From Candidatus Woesearchaeota archaeon (GTDB lineage Archaea; Nanobdellota; Nanobdellia; Woesearchaeales; UBA583), in the NCBI GenBank assembly GCA_965205335.1, contig OZ242164.1, positions 768,001-832,000 on the forward strand: DNA of 64,000 nt, in the 5' to 3' direction. The notes under the pieces were generated by a model. The model was given only the letters and a program-made list of their open reading frames with translations, was not told where the DNA came from and made no database searches. The position numbers and the translations under genes are program-made. Positions within the stretch are counted from its first letter, which is position 1, and each line of letters begins with the position of its first letter. This document shows, in pieces, positions 28,484 to 39,037 of the stretch.

Positions 28484-29233
28484 TTAAAGGTTTCTCCAAA
28501 AACTCAAACTATAATCAATAATATCCTCATAAAAAATTGTTATAGAATCCCAGTAAAAAAAGTACAGACAGAACAAAATAAGATATTTAATTGTTCTTCC
28601 CATAAGACAGAAATAAATATACTTTGAGAATTGAAATCTAAACCCACCGTAGAGAACAGTTAAAGCCTCAACGGGACCTGGGAAAATATTCCCAAGAAAC
28701 AAAATAATAGCCCCTTTCTTATTTACTATTTCAGCATATTTGTCATAATTCTTAGAAAATAACTTCTCTAAAATCCATCCTCGTAAAAGCCATCCAAAAA
28801 AATAATTAAAACTAAGCCCTACCAAATTACCAAAAAGCATAGCCAGTATAACAATAAAAGGGGAATGAGAAGTTGAACTTAGAAAATATATAAATAAAGC
28901 TTCTGAAGGCAGTGTCAAAAAAAAGACACTTCCAAAAATTGCAACAAAAAAAAGTCCTTTAACAGTATTATTTACAATCTCACTTTGAACACTTAAATAT
29001 CCCTGATAAATTGTAGGATTTAATTTAAGCAATTCCTGAAGCTGACTTAAAATAGGTTCATAAAATAAATAAATCAAAAGTATAAACAAAACAATAGACC
29101 AGAACTTTAACCTTTTTTTCTCTTCCTCAGTTATTTTAGGCTTAAACTTTTGAGCTCTTCTTTTCCTTTTTTCCTTTTGAGATGGTAACTCAAATCTATC
29201 CAAATCATCATTTAACTCAATATAATCTGTCAT
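28484..29233 (-). CDS. VTT/DedA-like membrane protein
   Basis: LPSE, GNLVG..NYFFG and GRTIKY motifs with multiple TMs. Confidence 0.7.
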   Translation of the reverse strand: MTDYIELNDDLDRFELPSQKEKRKRRAQKFKPKITEEEKKRLKFWSIVLFILLIYLFYEPILSQLQELLKLNPTIYQGYLSVQSEIVNNTVKGLFFVAIFGSVFFLTLPSEALFIYFLSSTSHSPFIVILAMLFGNLVGLSFNYFFGWLLRGWILEKLFSKNYDKYAEIVNKKGAIILFLGNIFPGPVEALTVLYGGFRFQFSKYIYFCLMGRTIKYLILFCLYFFYWDSITIFYEDIIDYSLSFWRNL

Positions 29234-29366
29234 TTTCTGTTCTTAAAATTAAGTCATATTTAATTCTTTAAAATACTTTCCTATTATTAGGAATAAATTT
29301 AATTCTCTTGTGTTGTGATTTTAGGATAATAAACAAATTTATAAATCTAAGAGATAAAAACTAAAT

Positions 29367-30083
29367 ATGGCATATGATGTTCTAAGTGATGACTTGTTTG
29401 ACAATGATGATAAAAAATCTCATAAAAAGCATAGAAAAAGAAATACAAAAGAATATGAACATAAGAAAACAGAATCTTCCAAGCCACAGATCAGAGCATT
29501 TCATATTCATTTAGCATTAATTTTAATAACTATTGGATTGTTGTTATACTTCTTTTCAGACATATCAGAATCATTTACAAGTTCAGACGACGAAGGAGAA
29601 TTTCTGATAATAGCCAAACTTGAGGATTTTAACCACACATATTCAGGTGACTTAAAACTTGAATCAAAAAAATTCACAATACACAGCAGAAATGGAATAT
29701 TTGATGATAAATCAGGGGAAATTCTAATAAAAAACTATAGTGGAGAAATAATATTAGAAAACAAATCAATTGTTTTCATGGGGGTAGGTGATACAATAGA
29801 ATATAAAAGAAATAAAATATCATTAGACTCATCAGAATTCACATTAACATCTTCAAGGAAAACTATAATGAGTCTTTTCTTTCACAATTTAACTCTAAAT
29901 ATTAGTTCAGGAACGGCAAGATTAGATGATTTCCTTAATTACAAATTAAGCAATTCAGAAATAGCACTTCAAAACTATAATGCAACAATAGTTCATGATG
30001 GTTCTTTTACTTTCTCAGGGCAAACAGATAACTTTGTTATAACATCACCTCAGAGTAATCTGAGAATCTCATATGAGAAATAA
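29367..30083 (+). CDS. Single-pass membrane hypothetical protein
   Basis: Basic N-terminus, one TM and a beta-rich domain with many N-x-S/T sequons; TTTATAAA at 29338-29345. Confidence 0.7.
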   Translation: MAYDVLSDDLFDNDDKKSHKKHRKRNTKEYEHKKTESSKPQIRAFHIHLALILITIGLLLYFFSDISESFTSSDDEGEFLIIAKLEDFNHTYSGDLKLESKKFTIHSRNGIFDDKSGEILIKNYSGEIILENKSIVFMGVGDTIEYKRNKISLDSSEFTLTSSRKTIMSLFFHNLTLNISSGTARLDDFLNYKLSNSEIALQNYNATIVHDGSFTFSGQTDNFVITSPQSNLRISYEK

Positions 30084-30142
30084 TCTAAAAATTATTATAA
30101 TTCAAAACGAGGTTTTATAAATATTATATGGATTAGTATAAT

Positions 30143-30234
30143 ATGAAAAGAGTTCTAAATGGGGAGTTCGAGTTAATTTAGAAGAAGGATTAAGAAGAAC
30201 AATAAATTATTATGAAAATGTTCAAAATAAGTGA
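30143..30234 (+). pseudogene. Head-plus-tail remnant of an NAD-dependent epimerase/dehydratase
   Basis: ATG 30143 gives MKRVL, then in another frame WGVRVNLEEGLRRTINYYENVQNK*, a typical extended-SDR C-terminus. Confidence 0.6.
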
Positions 30235-30928
30235 TAAATTAAAAAAGCAGATTTATTTTGTAATCCCTGCATACAATGAAGGCAAACAGATTGGAAATGT
30301 TTTAAAGGAATTATTTGACAATGGATATTCTAACATAATCTTAACAGATGATGGTTCTACTGATGATACAAAAAAACAAGTCCAAAAATTTGAAAAAAAA
30401 GGATTAATTCTTCTTTCTCATATAATAAATCGTGGACAGGGAGCGGCTCTTAAAACAGGTATTGACTATGCTCTAAAAAATAAAGATTGTAAATATATTG
30501 TAACCTTTGACTCTGATGGTCAGCACAGACTCTCTGATTTGCCCAATCTCGTAGAACCGCTTGAGAAAGGAGAATGTGATATAACTCTTGGCTCAAGGTT
30601 TTTAGATAAAAAATCAAAAAAATTAGTTCCATGCTCTAAAAGAATTCTTCTAAAAGGAGCATTGCTCGTAACATATTTTTTATCAAGGAAGTGGTTTACT
30701 GATACTCACAATGGATACAGAGTTATGAACATAAAAGCCGCAAAAAATATAGAAATTGAAATGGATGGCTTTGAACACGCATCAGAAATCTTAGATGAAA
30801 TAGTCAGAAAACAAATAACTTATAAAGAAGTACCAGTATATATAGACTATAGTGAATATTCAAAAGCCAAAGGGCAGAAAATTTCCAATTCAATTAAAAT
30901 ATTAATAAAAATGGTGTTTAGAGGTTAA
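30212..30928 (+). CDS. GT2 glycosyltransferase (DPM1-like)
   Basis: IPAYNE, DDGSTD, NRGQGAAL, FDSDGQH and TDTHNGYR motifs. Confidence 0.92.
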   Translation: MKMFKISDKLKKQIYFVIPAYNEGKQIGNVLKELFDNGYSNIILTDDGSTDDTKKQVQKFEKKGLILLSHIINRGQGAALKTGIDYALKNKDCKYIVTFDSDGQHRLSDLPNLVEPLEKGECDITLGSRFLDKKSKKLVPCSKRILLKGALLVTYFLSRKWFTDTHNGYRVMNIKAAKNIEIEMDGFEHASEILDEIVRKQITYKEVPVYIDYSEYSKAKGQKISNSIKILIKMVFRG

Positions 30929-30930
30929 AA

Positions 30931-31272
30931 ATGGATTTCATAACAATTTTCTTTATAGCAATTTCAATAATTATGCTAACATACATTTTCTTGAGTTTTA
31001 GATTGCAAAAGAGAATTAACCTAATTACTGAGATTTCTTTTCTTTGCATTTATTTCCTTTTTTTGCTGATAATAATTTTCCCTGAAATTTTAAGATGGTT
31101 TGAAAAAATATTTGGAGTTAATTCAGCAATTAATTTTATTGTCTATCTAAGTATTTTTATTTTATTTGCATTAATGTTTGTGCTATATAAGAAATCAGAA
31201 AATCAAAGAGTTGAAATAACTAGATTAACAAGAGAAATTGCATATTTAAAACATGGGAAAAAAAAGAAATAA
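30931..31272 (+). CDS. DUF2304-like membrane protein
   Basis: Three TMs and a C-terminal EITRLTREIA, directly after a DPM1-like GT2. Confidence 0.75.
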   Translation: MDFITIFFIAISIIMLTYIFLSFRLQKRINLITEISFLCIYFLFLLIIIFPEILRWFEKIFGVNSAINFIVYLSIFILFALMFVLYKKSENQRVEITRLTREIAYLKHGKKKK

Positions 31273-31371
31273 TATTATAAGAAAATCATTAGGGTCTAAA
31301 AATTCAATCTTGAAAATCTATTTAAACTCAAATTGTGGTTCTAGTTTTAATATTTACAATTGATATGGAAA

Positions 31372-32937
31372 ATGGTTAATTTGGTTCCAATAAAAATTTT
31401 TAAGGAATTTCTAAATGAAATCTTTTCTGGAGATTCTTTCTTTAAAAAGATTTTTTGGGTTTACTTCTTTGTTTTCCTAATAGCACCATTAGGATATCTA
31501 ATAAGACTCCTCTATTCAAGGACATTGGATTTAGCAGAATTCGGATTAATATATGCGATTTTATCTTTTTTGAGTTTTATTTCTGTGTTTAACAACTTAG
31601 GTATGTCACAATCCTTAATCTATTATATTCCAAAGTATGAAGCAAGAAAAGATTGGGATTCTATAAGAAACATAGTTTGTTATAGTTTTCTTTTCCAGTT
31701 AATTTTGAATTTAATCATTATAGTAGTTTTATTCTTCATTAGTTCATATTTAGCACAGACCTACTTCAAATATCCATCAGCGGAATACATCTTGAAAATA
31801 TTTTTAATTGTATTTCTTGGTTCAAATATGGTTTCAAGTATAGTATGTCTTTTTAACGGACTGCAAAAAACCACACAAGTTCAATTTGCGCAGTTTTTGA
31901 ATCATTTCTTAATATTATCACTTTCCTTGATTATAGTATCCTTTAGTTTAGGTGATAACTTACTTGAATCATTCTCTTATGTCTGGGCTTTTGCAGTTGT
32001 AATATTAGTTCTTTATTATTTTATCTATTTCAGGCTTGCTTTCCCTGTGCTATTTGAAAAATTGCCAACATGGGATTATCCACAATTTAAATCAATTCTT
32101 AGTTATGGCTTCTACTCTTTTATAGCAGATTCAATGCAAGTATTATTAGTACAGATAGATATAATCTTGATAACATACTTTTTAACATTGGAATCTGTTG
32201 GTTTATACAGCAATGCACTCTCAATACTCTCAATATCCACAATACTATTATTTCCTATTACTATATTTTTCATCCCTATAATCTCAAAATACAAAGAATT
32301 AAAAAAAATTGATAATATTAAAAGAGTTTTAACTCTGATTTACAGTCTTGGTTTATACATAATATTACCTGTTACTCTAATTCTTGTTTTGTTTTCGGAA
32401 GAAATCATTGTATTACTTTTTACAGAAAAATTCTTAGGAGCAAATCAGGTTTTAATTTTATTTTCATTTTTTGCATTTTTCTCGATTTTATCTACATACA
32501 ATATAAATATTTTGTTAGGTCTTGGTTTGGTCAAAAAGAGAGTAAAAATTCTTATTTTCGCCATCTTATTTAATATAATGTTTAATATAATCCTGCTTCC
32601 TAGATATGGAATGTTGGGAGTTGCAATAGCAACAATTATTAGTTGGATAATATTATTTGTTGGAACCTTTTATGAGATTAAGTCCCAAATTAATTTTAAG
32701 ATTGAAGTATTCAACATTTTCAAAATAGTGTTATTAAATGTAGGATTTTTTATCCTAGTATTATTCCTAAAATGGATAATAATTCTAAAAAATATTTATT
32801 TAGAAGGAATTATAGTCTTAGGAATTGGATTTATATTCTATTTGGTTTCTGGTTTCCTTTTGAAGATAATAAAAACTCAGGACATTGCCATTTTTCTTCC
32901 TGAAAAATATGCAAAACTATTAAAGTCCAGACATTGA
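31372..32937 (+). CDS. Oligosaccharide flippase (Wzx/MOP family)
   Basis: Many TMs; EFGL, NLGMSQSL, D..LI.YFL..ESVGLYS and LLPRYGMLGVAIAT motifs. Confidence 0.88.
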   Translation: MVNLVPIKIFKEFLNEIFSGDSFFKKIFWVYFFVFLIAPLGYLIRLLYSRTLDLAEFGLIYAILSFLSFISVFNNLGMSQSLIYYIPKYEARKDWDSIRNIVCYSFLFQLILNLIIIVVLFFISSYLAQTYFKYPSAEYILKIFLIVFLGSNMVSSIVCLFNGLQKTTQVQFAQFLNHFLILSLSLIIVSFSLGDNLLESFSYVWAFAVVILVLYYFIYFRLAFPVLFEKLPTWDYPQFKSILSYGFYSFIADSMQVLLVQIDIILITYFLTLESVGLYSNALSILSISTILLFPITIFFIPIISKYKELKKIDNIKRVLTLIYSLGLYIILPVTLILVLFSEEIIVLLFTEKFLGANQVLILFSFFAFFSILSTYNINILLGLGLVKKRVKILIFAILFNIMFNIILLPRYGMLGVAIATIISWIILFVGTFYEIKSQINFKIEVFNIFKIVLLNVGFFILVLFLKWIIILKNIYLEGIIVLGIGFIFYLVSGFLLKIIKTQDIAIFLPEKYAKLLKSRH

Positions 32938-33050
32938 TTTTTTGTGAATTTGAGAGAAAGCAAAGACTTATAAAATATTTTAGTTTGTATTCCTTATGTT
33001 TTATATTTTTTATAATTTGATTAATGAAACCTTTTTTAGGGGGAATTAGA

Positions 33051-33998
33051 ATGAAAACAATTTTAGTTACAGGAGGAGCAGGATACATTGGAAGTGCAAT
33101 TGTAAAAAGAACATTAGATATGAGATACAAAGTTTTAGTAATTGATAATCTATTAAAAGGTAGGAGAAAATATGTTGATAAAAGAGCCCAATTCTTTAAG
33201 ATTAATTTATGTGACAAGAAAAATTTACTTAATTTTTTTCAAGAACATAAAATCGATTGTGTTATTCATTGCGCTGCAAGAAAGTCAGTTGGTGAAAGTG
33301 AAGAACATCCTCAATTGTATTTTGATGAAAACATTTCTGGAACTATAAATCTTTTAGACGCTATGATATATGGGAAATGCAAAAAAATTATTTTTTCTTC
33401 AACTGCTTGTGTTTACAAAGAAAATTTGAGAGGAATTTATAGTGAACATAACAAACTCTCTTCTCAGAATGTTTATGGTTTTACAAAAATAAAATGTGAA
33501 GAGATAATAAAAGAATTTTCAAGAACATTAAATATGAAATATGTCATTTTTAGGTATTTTAATGTTGCAGGTGATATTGGATCAAATTATCAGGAAAAAG
33601 ATTCTCAGAACATCTTTCCTGTTTTGTGCGAGTCTATAAGAGATAAGAAGACTTTTTTTATTTTTGGAAACAAATATAACACAATTGATGGCACAGGTGC
33701 TAGAGATTATATACATTTATCAGATGTGATCTCTGCACACACAAAAGCAATAAATTATCCTAAAAATGAAATCTTTAATTTAGGAACTAAAAAAGGAACA
33801 AGTGTCTTGCAAATAATAGAAGAATTTGAAATCCAGTTAAATAGAAAAATTAATTTTAGGGTTAAAGGGAATAGAGCAGGTGATGTTGGGAGATGCTTGG
33901 CAAATCCTAAGAAAGCAAAACAACTATTAAACTGGGAAGCAAAAAAAGACTTAAAAGAAATTGTATGTGATTTTATCAAAGGTTATAATTTAAAATAA
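33051..33998 (+). CDS. galE: UDP-glucose 4-epimerase
   Basis: TGGAGYIGS, KSVGES, FSST, YGFTK, RYFNVAG and DGTGARDYIH motifs. Confidence 0.9.
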   Translation: MKTILVTGGAGYIGSAIVKRTLDMRYKVLVIDNLLKGRRKYVDKRAQFFKINLCDKKNLLNFFQEHKIDCVIHCAARKSVGESEEHPQLYFDENISGTINLLDAMIYGKCKKIIFSSTACVYKENLRGIYSEHNKLSSQNVYGFTKIKCEEIIKEFSRTLNMKYVIFRYFNVAGDIGSNYQEKDSQNIFPVLCESIRDKKTFFIFGNKYNTIDGTGARDYIHLSDVISAHTKAINYPKNEIFNLGTKKGTSVLQIIEEFEIQLNRKINFRVKGNRAGDVGRCLANPKKAKQLLNWEAKKDLKEIVCDFIKGYNLK

Positions 33999-34013
33999 AA
34001 AAATGCCTATAAT

Positions 34014-34568
34014 ATGAATAAGAAAATAAAAGACTATTTGAAAAGAGAAGAGATTACTTTAAGGAATCTATTAAATCCAAGATTTCTCTTAAAATTTTTC
34101 TACAAAACACGTTACTTGCATTTTTGTATAACTGGTACAACAGGAGTTCTACTAAATCTATTTTTCTTATGGCTTTTTGTGGAATTTATTTTTCTAGAAA
34201 GTGAATATTTAATATTTAATTTCTTGGTTATGAGTACAACTCTTGGTGTAATTATAGGACAAACAATTAATTTGATTTACAATTTTTCCCTGCACACAAA
34301 AATGACTTTTAAAACTAAAAAGGACCATAAAAAAAGATTTACTATTTTTATTGTGTATTCTTTATTTATAACTTATGCAGTGATTGTTCCCTTAATTTTA
34401 ATATTAAGAAATTTTTTTGAGCATCTTTTCCCGCACATCTTTTTAAGATTTTTAGTTGGATTTGAATATCTAATAGCATCTGCAATTGTTATTTTATTCT
34501 TTTCCTTTTTCAATTTTATTGTATTTAAAATTTGGCTGTTTAAAGAAAAACATAGACATATAAATTAA
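34014..34568 (+). CDS. GtrA-family membrane protein
   Basis: FCITG.TGVLLN, NF.LH.KMTF and NFIVFKIWLF motifs; four TMs. Confidence 0.75.
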   Translation: MNKKIKDYLKREEITLRNLLNPRFLLKFFYKTRYLHFCITGTTGVLLNLFFLWLFVEFIFLESEYLIFNFLVMSTTLGVIIGQTINLIYNFSLHTKMTFKTKKDHKKRFTIFIVYSLFITYAVIVPLILILRNFFEHLFPHIFLRFLVGFEYLIASAIVILFFSFFNFIVFKIWLFKEKHRHIN

Positions 34569-34587
34569 AATTGACTTTTAAAATAAG

Positions 34588-35319
34588 ATGAAAGATATTT
34601 TAGTAAACATTACATTTCCAGTTTTGAATGAAGAAAGAATTTTAAAAGAGGATGTCATGAAATTTTATAATTTCTTAAAAAAATCAAAATTTCCATACAG
34701 ATTTGAAATTACTATTTGTGATAATGGAAGTATAGATGACACCAAGAAAGTAGGTGAGAAATTAGAAAAAAAAGTTAAAGAAATTAATTATTTAAGACTA
34801 AGCAGAAAAGGAAGAAATTTTGCACTAAAAAGTTCCTGGACAAAATCAAAAGCAAGTGTTGTCTCTTATATGGATATTGATTTAGCAACAGATTTGAGAT
34901 TTTTCCTTCCTATGATAAATATGATTATAAAAGACAATTGTGATTTGGTTGTTGGAAATCGTTTAGGACTTAAATCAAAAGTTATTGATAGGAATTTTAA
35001 AAGAGAGTTTCTATCAAGAAACTATAATTTGTTATTGAGGATGTTTTTTTTTCATAAAATAAGAGATCATCAATGTGGATTTAAAGCAATAAAGAGAAAT
35101 TCTTTTCTAAAACTAAATAAAGAAATTCCTGATATAAAGGAAGAAATTTGGTTTTTAGATACAGAGTTAATAATAAGAGCAATTAAAAACAAAATGAAAG
35201 TTGAAGAGATTGATGTCATATGGAAAGATGATCCAGATTCAAAAGTTAAAGTTGTCAAAGCAGTTTTAGAAGATTTGAAAGGCATAGTTAGGCTTAGAAA
35301 AGAGTTTTTATTTAAATAA
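34588..35319 (+). CDS. GT2 polyprenol-phosphate glycosyltransferase (AglD/ALG5-like)
   Basis: PVLNEE, DNGSIDDT, YMDIDLATD, DHQCGFKA and WFLDTEL motifs. Confidence 0.88.
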   Translation: MKDILVNITFPVLNEERILKEDVMKFYNFLKKSKFPYRFEITICDNGSIDDTKKVGEKLEKKVKEINYLRLSRKGRNFALKSSWTKSKASVVSYMDIDLATDLRFFLPMINMIIKDNCDLVVGNRLGLKSKVIDRNFKREFLSRNYNLLLRMFFFHKIRDHQCGFKAIKRNSFLKLNKEIPDIKEEIWFLDTELIIRAIKNKMKVEEIDVIWKDDPDSKVKVVKAVLEDLKGIVRLRKEFLFK

Positions 35320-36063
35320 TTATTTTTTTATGAGATATTTATTTACCTTATTCTCAACAAACTTTAACATTTTTAAAGGAATGAATTTTGTAATTTTATT
35401 TAAAAAAGCTGCTCTTGGTAGAAACATCTCAGGATGGATTATAAATACAGGTATATTTTTCGTTTCTTCTTTCTCCCTTTGTAATTTTGGAAAATTCTTC
35501 AGTTTGCTTTTCTTAATAAATACAAAAATGTTATTTCTATAGCACCTTTCTACCTTTTTATTGTTCCAAATTTTATATCTAATACAATCTATCATCTCAT
35601 ATCCTTTTCTATTAAATTTCTCAATCCAATATTGTGGCTCTTGTTCATTTATATGATTAGTTCCTCCTTGAAAGGGCAAAGCCGCTGAAAAAATTATCAT
35701 GTCAGAGCAATCTGTTAAGTTTTTTATAAATGTGTCTGTATACTTGTTTTATATATGTTCTAAAACTTCTAAAGAAATTGCCAAATCAAATTTTCTATTC
35801 AAATTTATTTTTTTTGGCAAATCTCTTTTTAGAAAAAATTTATTGTTAATCATTAATTTTTCTTTTTTAATTTCATGATTATCAATTCCTAATATTTCAC
35901 ATCCATACTTCTCAAAAATATTTAACCATGTCCCAATTCCGCAACCAAAGTCTACAACAGATTTCACTTTTACGAAATCCAAGATAATTGGAACAACTTC
36001 TTTTGCAGAAAGAATAGAACTGTTCTTTTGTTGTTTATAATAATTATCATCATATACTGACAT
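35320..36063 (-). pseudogene. SAM-dependent methyltransferase split by an in-frame TAA at 35749-35751
   Basis: Reads DFGCGIG...SLEVLEHI*NKYTDTFIKNLTDCSDMIIFSAALPFQGGTNHINEQ in a single frame. Confidence 0.85.
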
Positions 36064-36161
36064 AAAATTTAAGAATAGCAACTTATTTATAAAATTGTGT
36101 AAGTATTATTTATGTAAAGAATGTAAGTGGATTAAGGAATTTATGCTAATTACGAAGAAAA

Positions 36162-38156
36162 GTGAAGAAGTCATCAACAAGGAAAGGTGAAGAGAACCAC
36201 AAAGAAGAATTAGAAATGAGATTAAATTATTTTGATACAAATCAGGTAAGAAAGTATCTCCCGTTTATCTTATTATCTCTTGTAGCAATTTCTTTCTTAT
36301 TTACAAATTATTATTTGACAAAGGATTTAAAATCAATACCTACTTGTATTTATGGTTGTGATTACTATTTTGAAAATGGAATTTCCCAGAATATGGCTTT
36401 GGACATTGATTTTGAAAAATCTTCTTCGCACAGTTGGTTAAACCAAACAAATTCACTTCCAAAAGGGCAATTTTTCTTAGTTGCAGTCTTTTCAAAACTA
36501 ACGGATTTTAAAGGAGATAACTTTTGGAAAAATTATATATACCTTTCTTATATTTTTATTATTTTAGGAATTATATTTTGGTTTCTGCTATATAAACTTT
36601 TCTTTAACAATAATTACCTTGCTTTACTTTTATCAGTTCTATCTTTCCAATTAACAAGTCTTCCATATTTTAAATATAGAAGTGTCATAAACATTCTTCT
36701 GCCTATACTGTTATTTTTCTTATTAAAAATGTTTAATGAGAAAGAAATCAATTATAAAAAAATAATATATGCCATATTATCTCTTATAATTGGAGTTTTA
36801 TTTACAAATATCCATGCTGAAAGTTTTTTCACATATATTTTTATTGTCTCATCACTTTTCATATTTTACATATTATATCCCATAAATTTTTCAAAAAACT
36901 TTCTTACAGATTTTATAAATAAAGTGAGAACCCCAAACAGTCTTATATTAATTTCTCTTTCTTTTGCAACAATCCTTATTAGCATCTTTTTAGGTTGGTG
37001 GAAAAAAGTAATTTTTGAATATGGTGGAAAAACTAATGCATTTAAATTTGACATACATATTGATCTCACAAATATATCAAATTACTTTGAGACCTTTTTT
37101 AACTTTGTAAAGAATATTTTCTTTAATTTCTCAGATATTAAAACTTCTCTTATTTCTCTTATAATAATTATTGTATTCATAAGTTTATTCTTTATTAAGA
37201 CGAAAGATAAAAAATTTTTAGAATTAGACAAACATCTTTATTTCGTTATTTTTTTATTTTTCATATCAATTTTCAATTATTTAATAACTGCTCCTTTGTT
37301 TGATAAAACCCTTAGCCCAAGACATTCATTTGGATTTTTATTTCCATTTTTTAGTGCATTTATTGTTGGGTATTTATTTGTGTTTATTTCTACAATCCTA
37401 AAAGATAAATACAAAAACTATATTAAGTATAAGAATATCTTTTTGATTCTCTTAATTTTCTTATTAACATTTGGTTTAATAAATGATACAGTTGAAGCGA
37501 AGAGTAACGATAGATTTTGGCAGGCTGGAAAAAATGAACTAAATACAAATTATCAAGAATTTGATGATTTTGTAATTAAAAACGATTTGCAGAAAGATAT
37601 TTTTATAACAACAAATGAATTAGGTTTCGCAATTCATGGTGTTTCGGGAGTTCAATTATTATCAGGAAGACAGTCTCATTTTTTCATATTTGGGGACTTT
37701 CAAAAATATTGGCTTGATTCTGCAATAATATTATACTCAAACAATTCACAAAACAGACATAAAGTCTTGGAGAAATATAAAAACTTAGCAAAATCAGAAA
37801 ACAAGGAGATTTATTTGTATTGGGATTATTATTGGATAAACAGCGAATGGCAATTTGACCAAGATGGGAATGCTCACCCATTTGACCCACTAAGATTTGA
37901 AGATAATTCGGATTTAAGAAAAATCTTAGATGATAACCGAATAAAATATTTTATCAGAGAAAATGATATATTTGAGCCCTCAGCAAGAAATTCTCCTCAT
38001 GTAACAAAACTTGATATTTTGTATATCTCTCCTGAGAATTATAACAATTACACACATCCTTGGAATAATGATTTAAACAATTATTTAGAAGAAGTTTGGG
38101 TATATGAAGAAAGCGGACAAGTTTTAGGCAAGGTTTACAAAGTAGTTTTGGATTAG
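36162..38156 (+). CDS. Large polytopic membrane protein, possible GT-C fold (likely start 36216)
   Basis: About 11-12 TMs, an early extracellular loop with GCDYY and a soluble C-terminal domain; lies inside the glycan island. Confidence 0.65.
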   Translation: MKKSSTRKGEENHKEELEMRLNYFDTNQVRKYLPFILLSLVAISFLFTNYYLTKDLKSIPTCIYGCDYYFENGISQNMALDIDFEKSSSHSWLNQTNSLPKGQFFLVAVFSKLTDFKGDNFWKNYIYLSYIFIILGIIFWFLLYKLFFNNNYLALLLSVLSFQLTSLPYFKYRSVINILLPILLFFLLKMFNEKEINYKKIIYAILSLIIGVLFTNIHAESFFTYIFIVSSLFIFYILYPINFSKNFLTDFINKVRTPNSLILISLSFATILISIFLGWWKKVIFEYGGKTNAFKFDIHIDLTNISNYFETFFNFVKNIFFNFSDIKTSLISLIIIIVFISLFFIKTKDKKFLELDKHLYFVIFLFFISIFNYLITAPLFDKTLSPRHSFGFLFPFFSAFIVGYLFVFISTILKDKYKNYIKYKNIFLILLIFLLTFGLINDTVEAKSNDRFWQAGKNELNTNYQEFDDFVIKNDLQKDIFITTNELGFAIHGVSGVQLLSGRQSHFFIFGDFQKYWLDSAIILYSNNSQNRHKVLEKYKNLAKSENKEIYLYWDYYWINSEWQFDQDGNAHPFDPLRFEDNSDLRKILDDNRIKYFIRENDIFEPSARNSPHVTKLDILYISPENYNNYTHPWNNDLNNYLEEVWVYEESGQVLGKVYKVVLD

Positions 38157-38212
38157 TATAGATTTTTTTCATTTCAATATATTTATAAGTTGGAGAAGTT
38201 TATTTTCTTTTT

Positions 38213-39037
38213 ATGGAAGGCAAACCTTTTGTTTCTGTTTTAATGCCTAATTACAATTGTGAAAAATATCTCCCTTCTGCAATTGAAAGCGTATTAAATC
38301 AGACTTATAGAAATTTTGAATTTATAATTATTGATGATTGTTCAGATGATAATTCTTGGGAAATTATTCAAAAGTATAAGAAAAAAGATAGAAGGGTTAA
38401 AGTTTTTAAAAATAAGAAGAATTTAAAAATTGTTAAGACAAGAAATAAGTTGTTTGAAAAAATGTCAAAGAAAAGCAAGTACTTTGCAATTATGGATAGT
38501 GATGATATTTCTCATAAAGAGAGATTAGAAATTCAAGTTAAGTTTTTAGAGAAGAATAAAGACTTTGTCGGATGTGGTAGTGCTATTGAATATTTTTGGA
38601 ATGATTCAGGCAGAAAACTAATAAGATATTATGAAAATGATTTTGAAAAATTAAGACACATAAGTTTAATTAAATCACCGTTTCCACAGCCAGTAATGAT
38701 GATAAATACATTTATTCTTAAAAAAATAGGTAATTATGATGAGAGGTATGAAGTTTGTGAAGATTGGGATTTTTGGATGAGGATTTTACATAAGTATAAA
38801 ATGACAAATCTTAAAGAAATTCTATGCTATTACAGGCAATCTGAAAATCAAAGTAAAAATAAAAAACTAAAATTAATGATTCTAAATGGAATAAAATTAA
38901 AATTAAAATATATGAAAGGTTTAGATTATCTTAATTTCTGGATTTTGGCAAGGTTATTCTCTGAAGTAATCTTTCTTTTGCTTCCAAAAAATTTATTGTT
39001 ATTTCTTTTTTATAAAATGGAGTTTAAAGGAAAATGA
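38213..39037 (+). CDS. GT2 glycosyltransferase
   Basis: VSVLMPNYN, DDCSDD, MDSDD and EDWDFW motifs. Confidence 0.92.
   Translation: MEGKPFVSVLMPNYNCEKYLPSAIESVLNQTYRNFEFIIIDDCSDDNSWEIIQKYKKKDRRVKVFKNKKNLKIVKTRNKLFEKMSKKSKYFAIMDSDDISHKERLEIQVKFLEKNKDFVGCGSAIEYFWNDSGRKLIRYYENDFEKLRHISLIKSPFPQPVMMINTFILKKIGNYDERYEVCEDWDFWMRILHKYKMTNLKEILCYYRQSENQSKNKKLKLMILNGIKLKLKYMKGLDYLNFWILARLFSEVIFLLLPKNLLLFLFYKMEFKGK

Noticed and set aside
35749-35751. Stop-codon reassignment suggested by in-frame TAA (35749) and TAG (60384)
   Set aside because: All conserved housekeeping genes read normally with TAA, TAG and TGA as stops, so these are isolated nonsense lesions.
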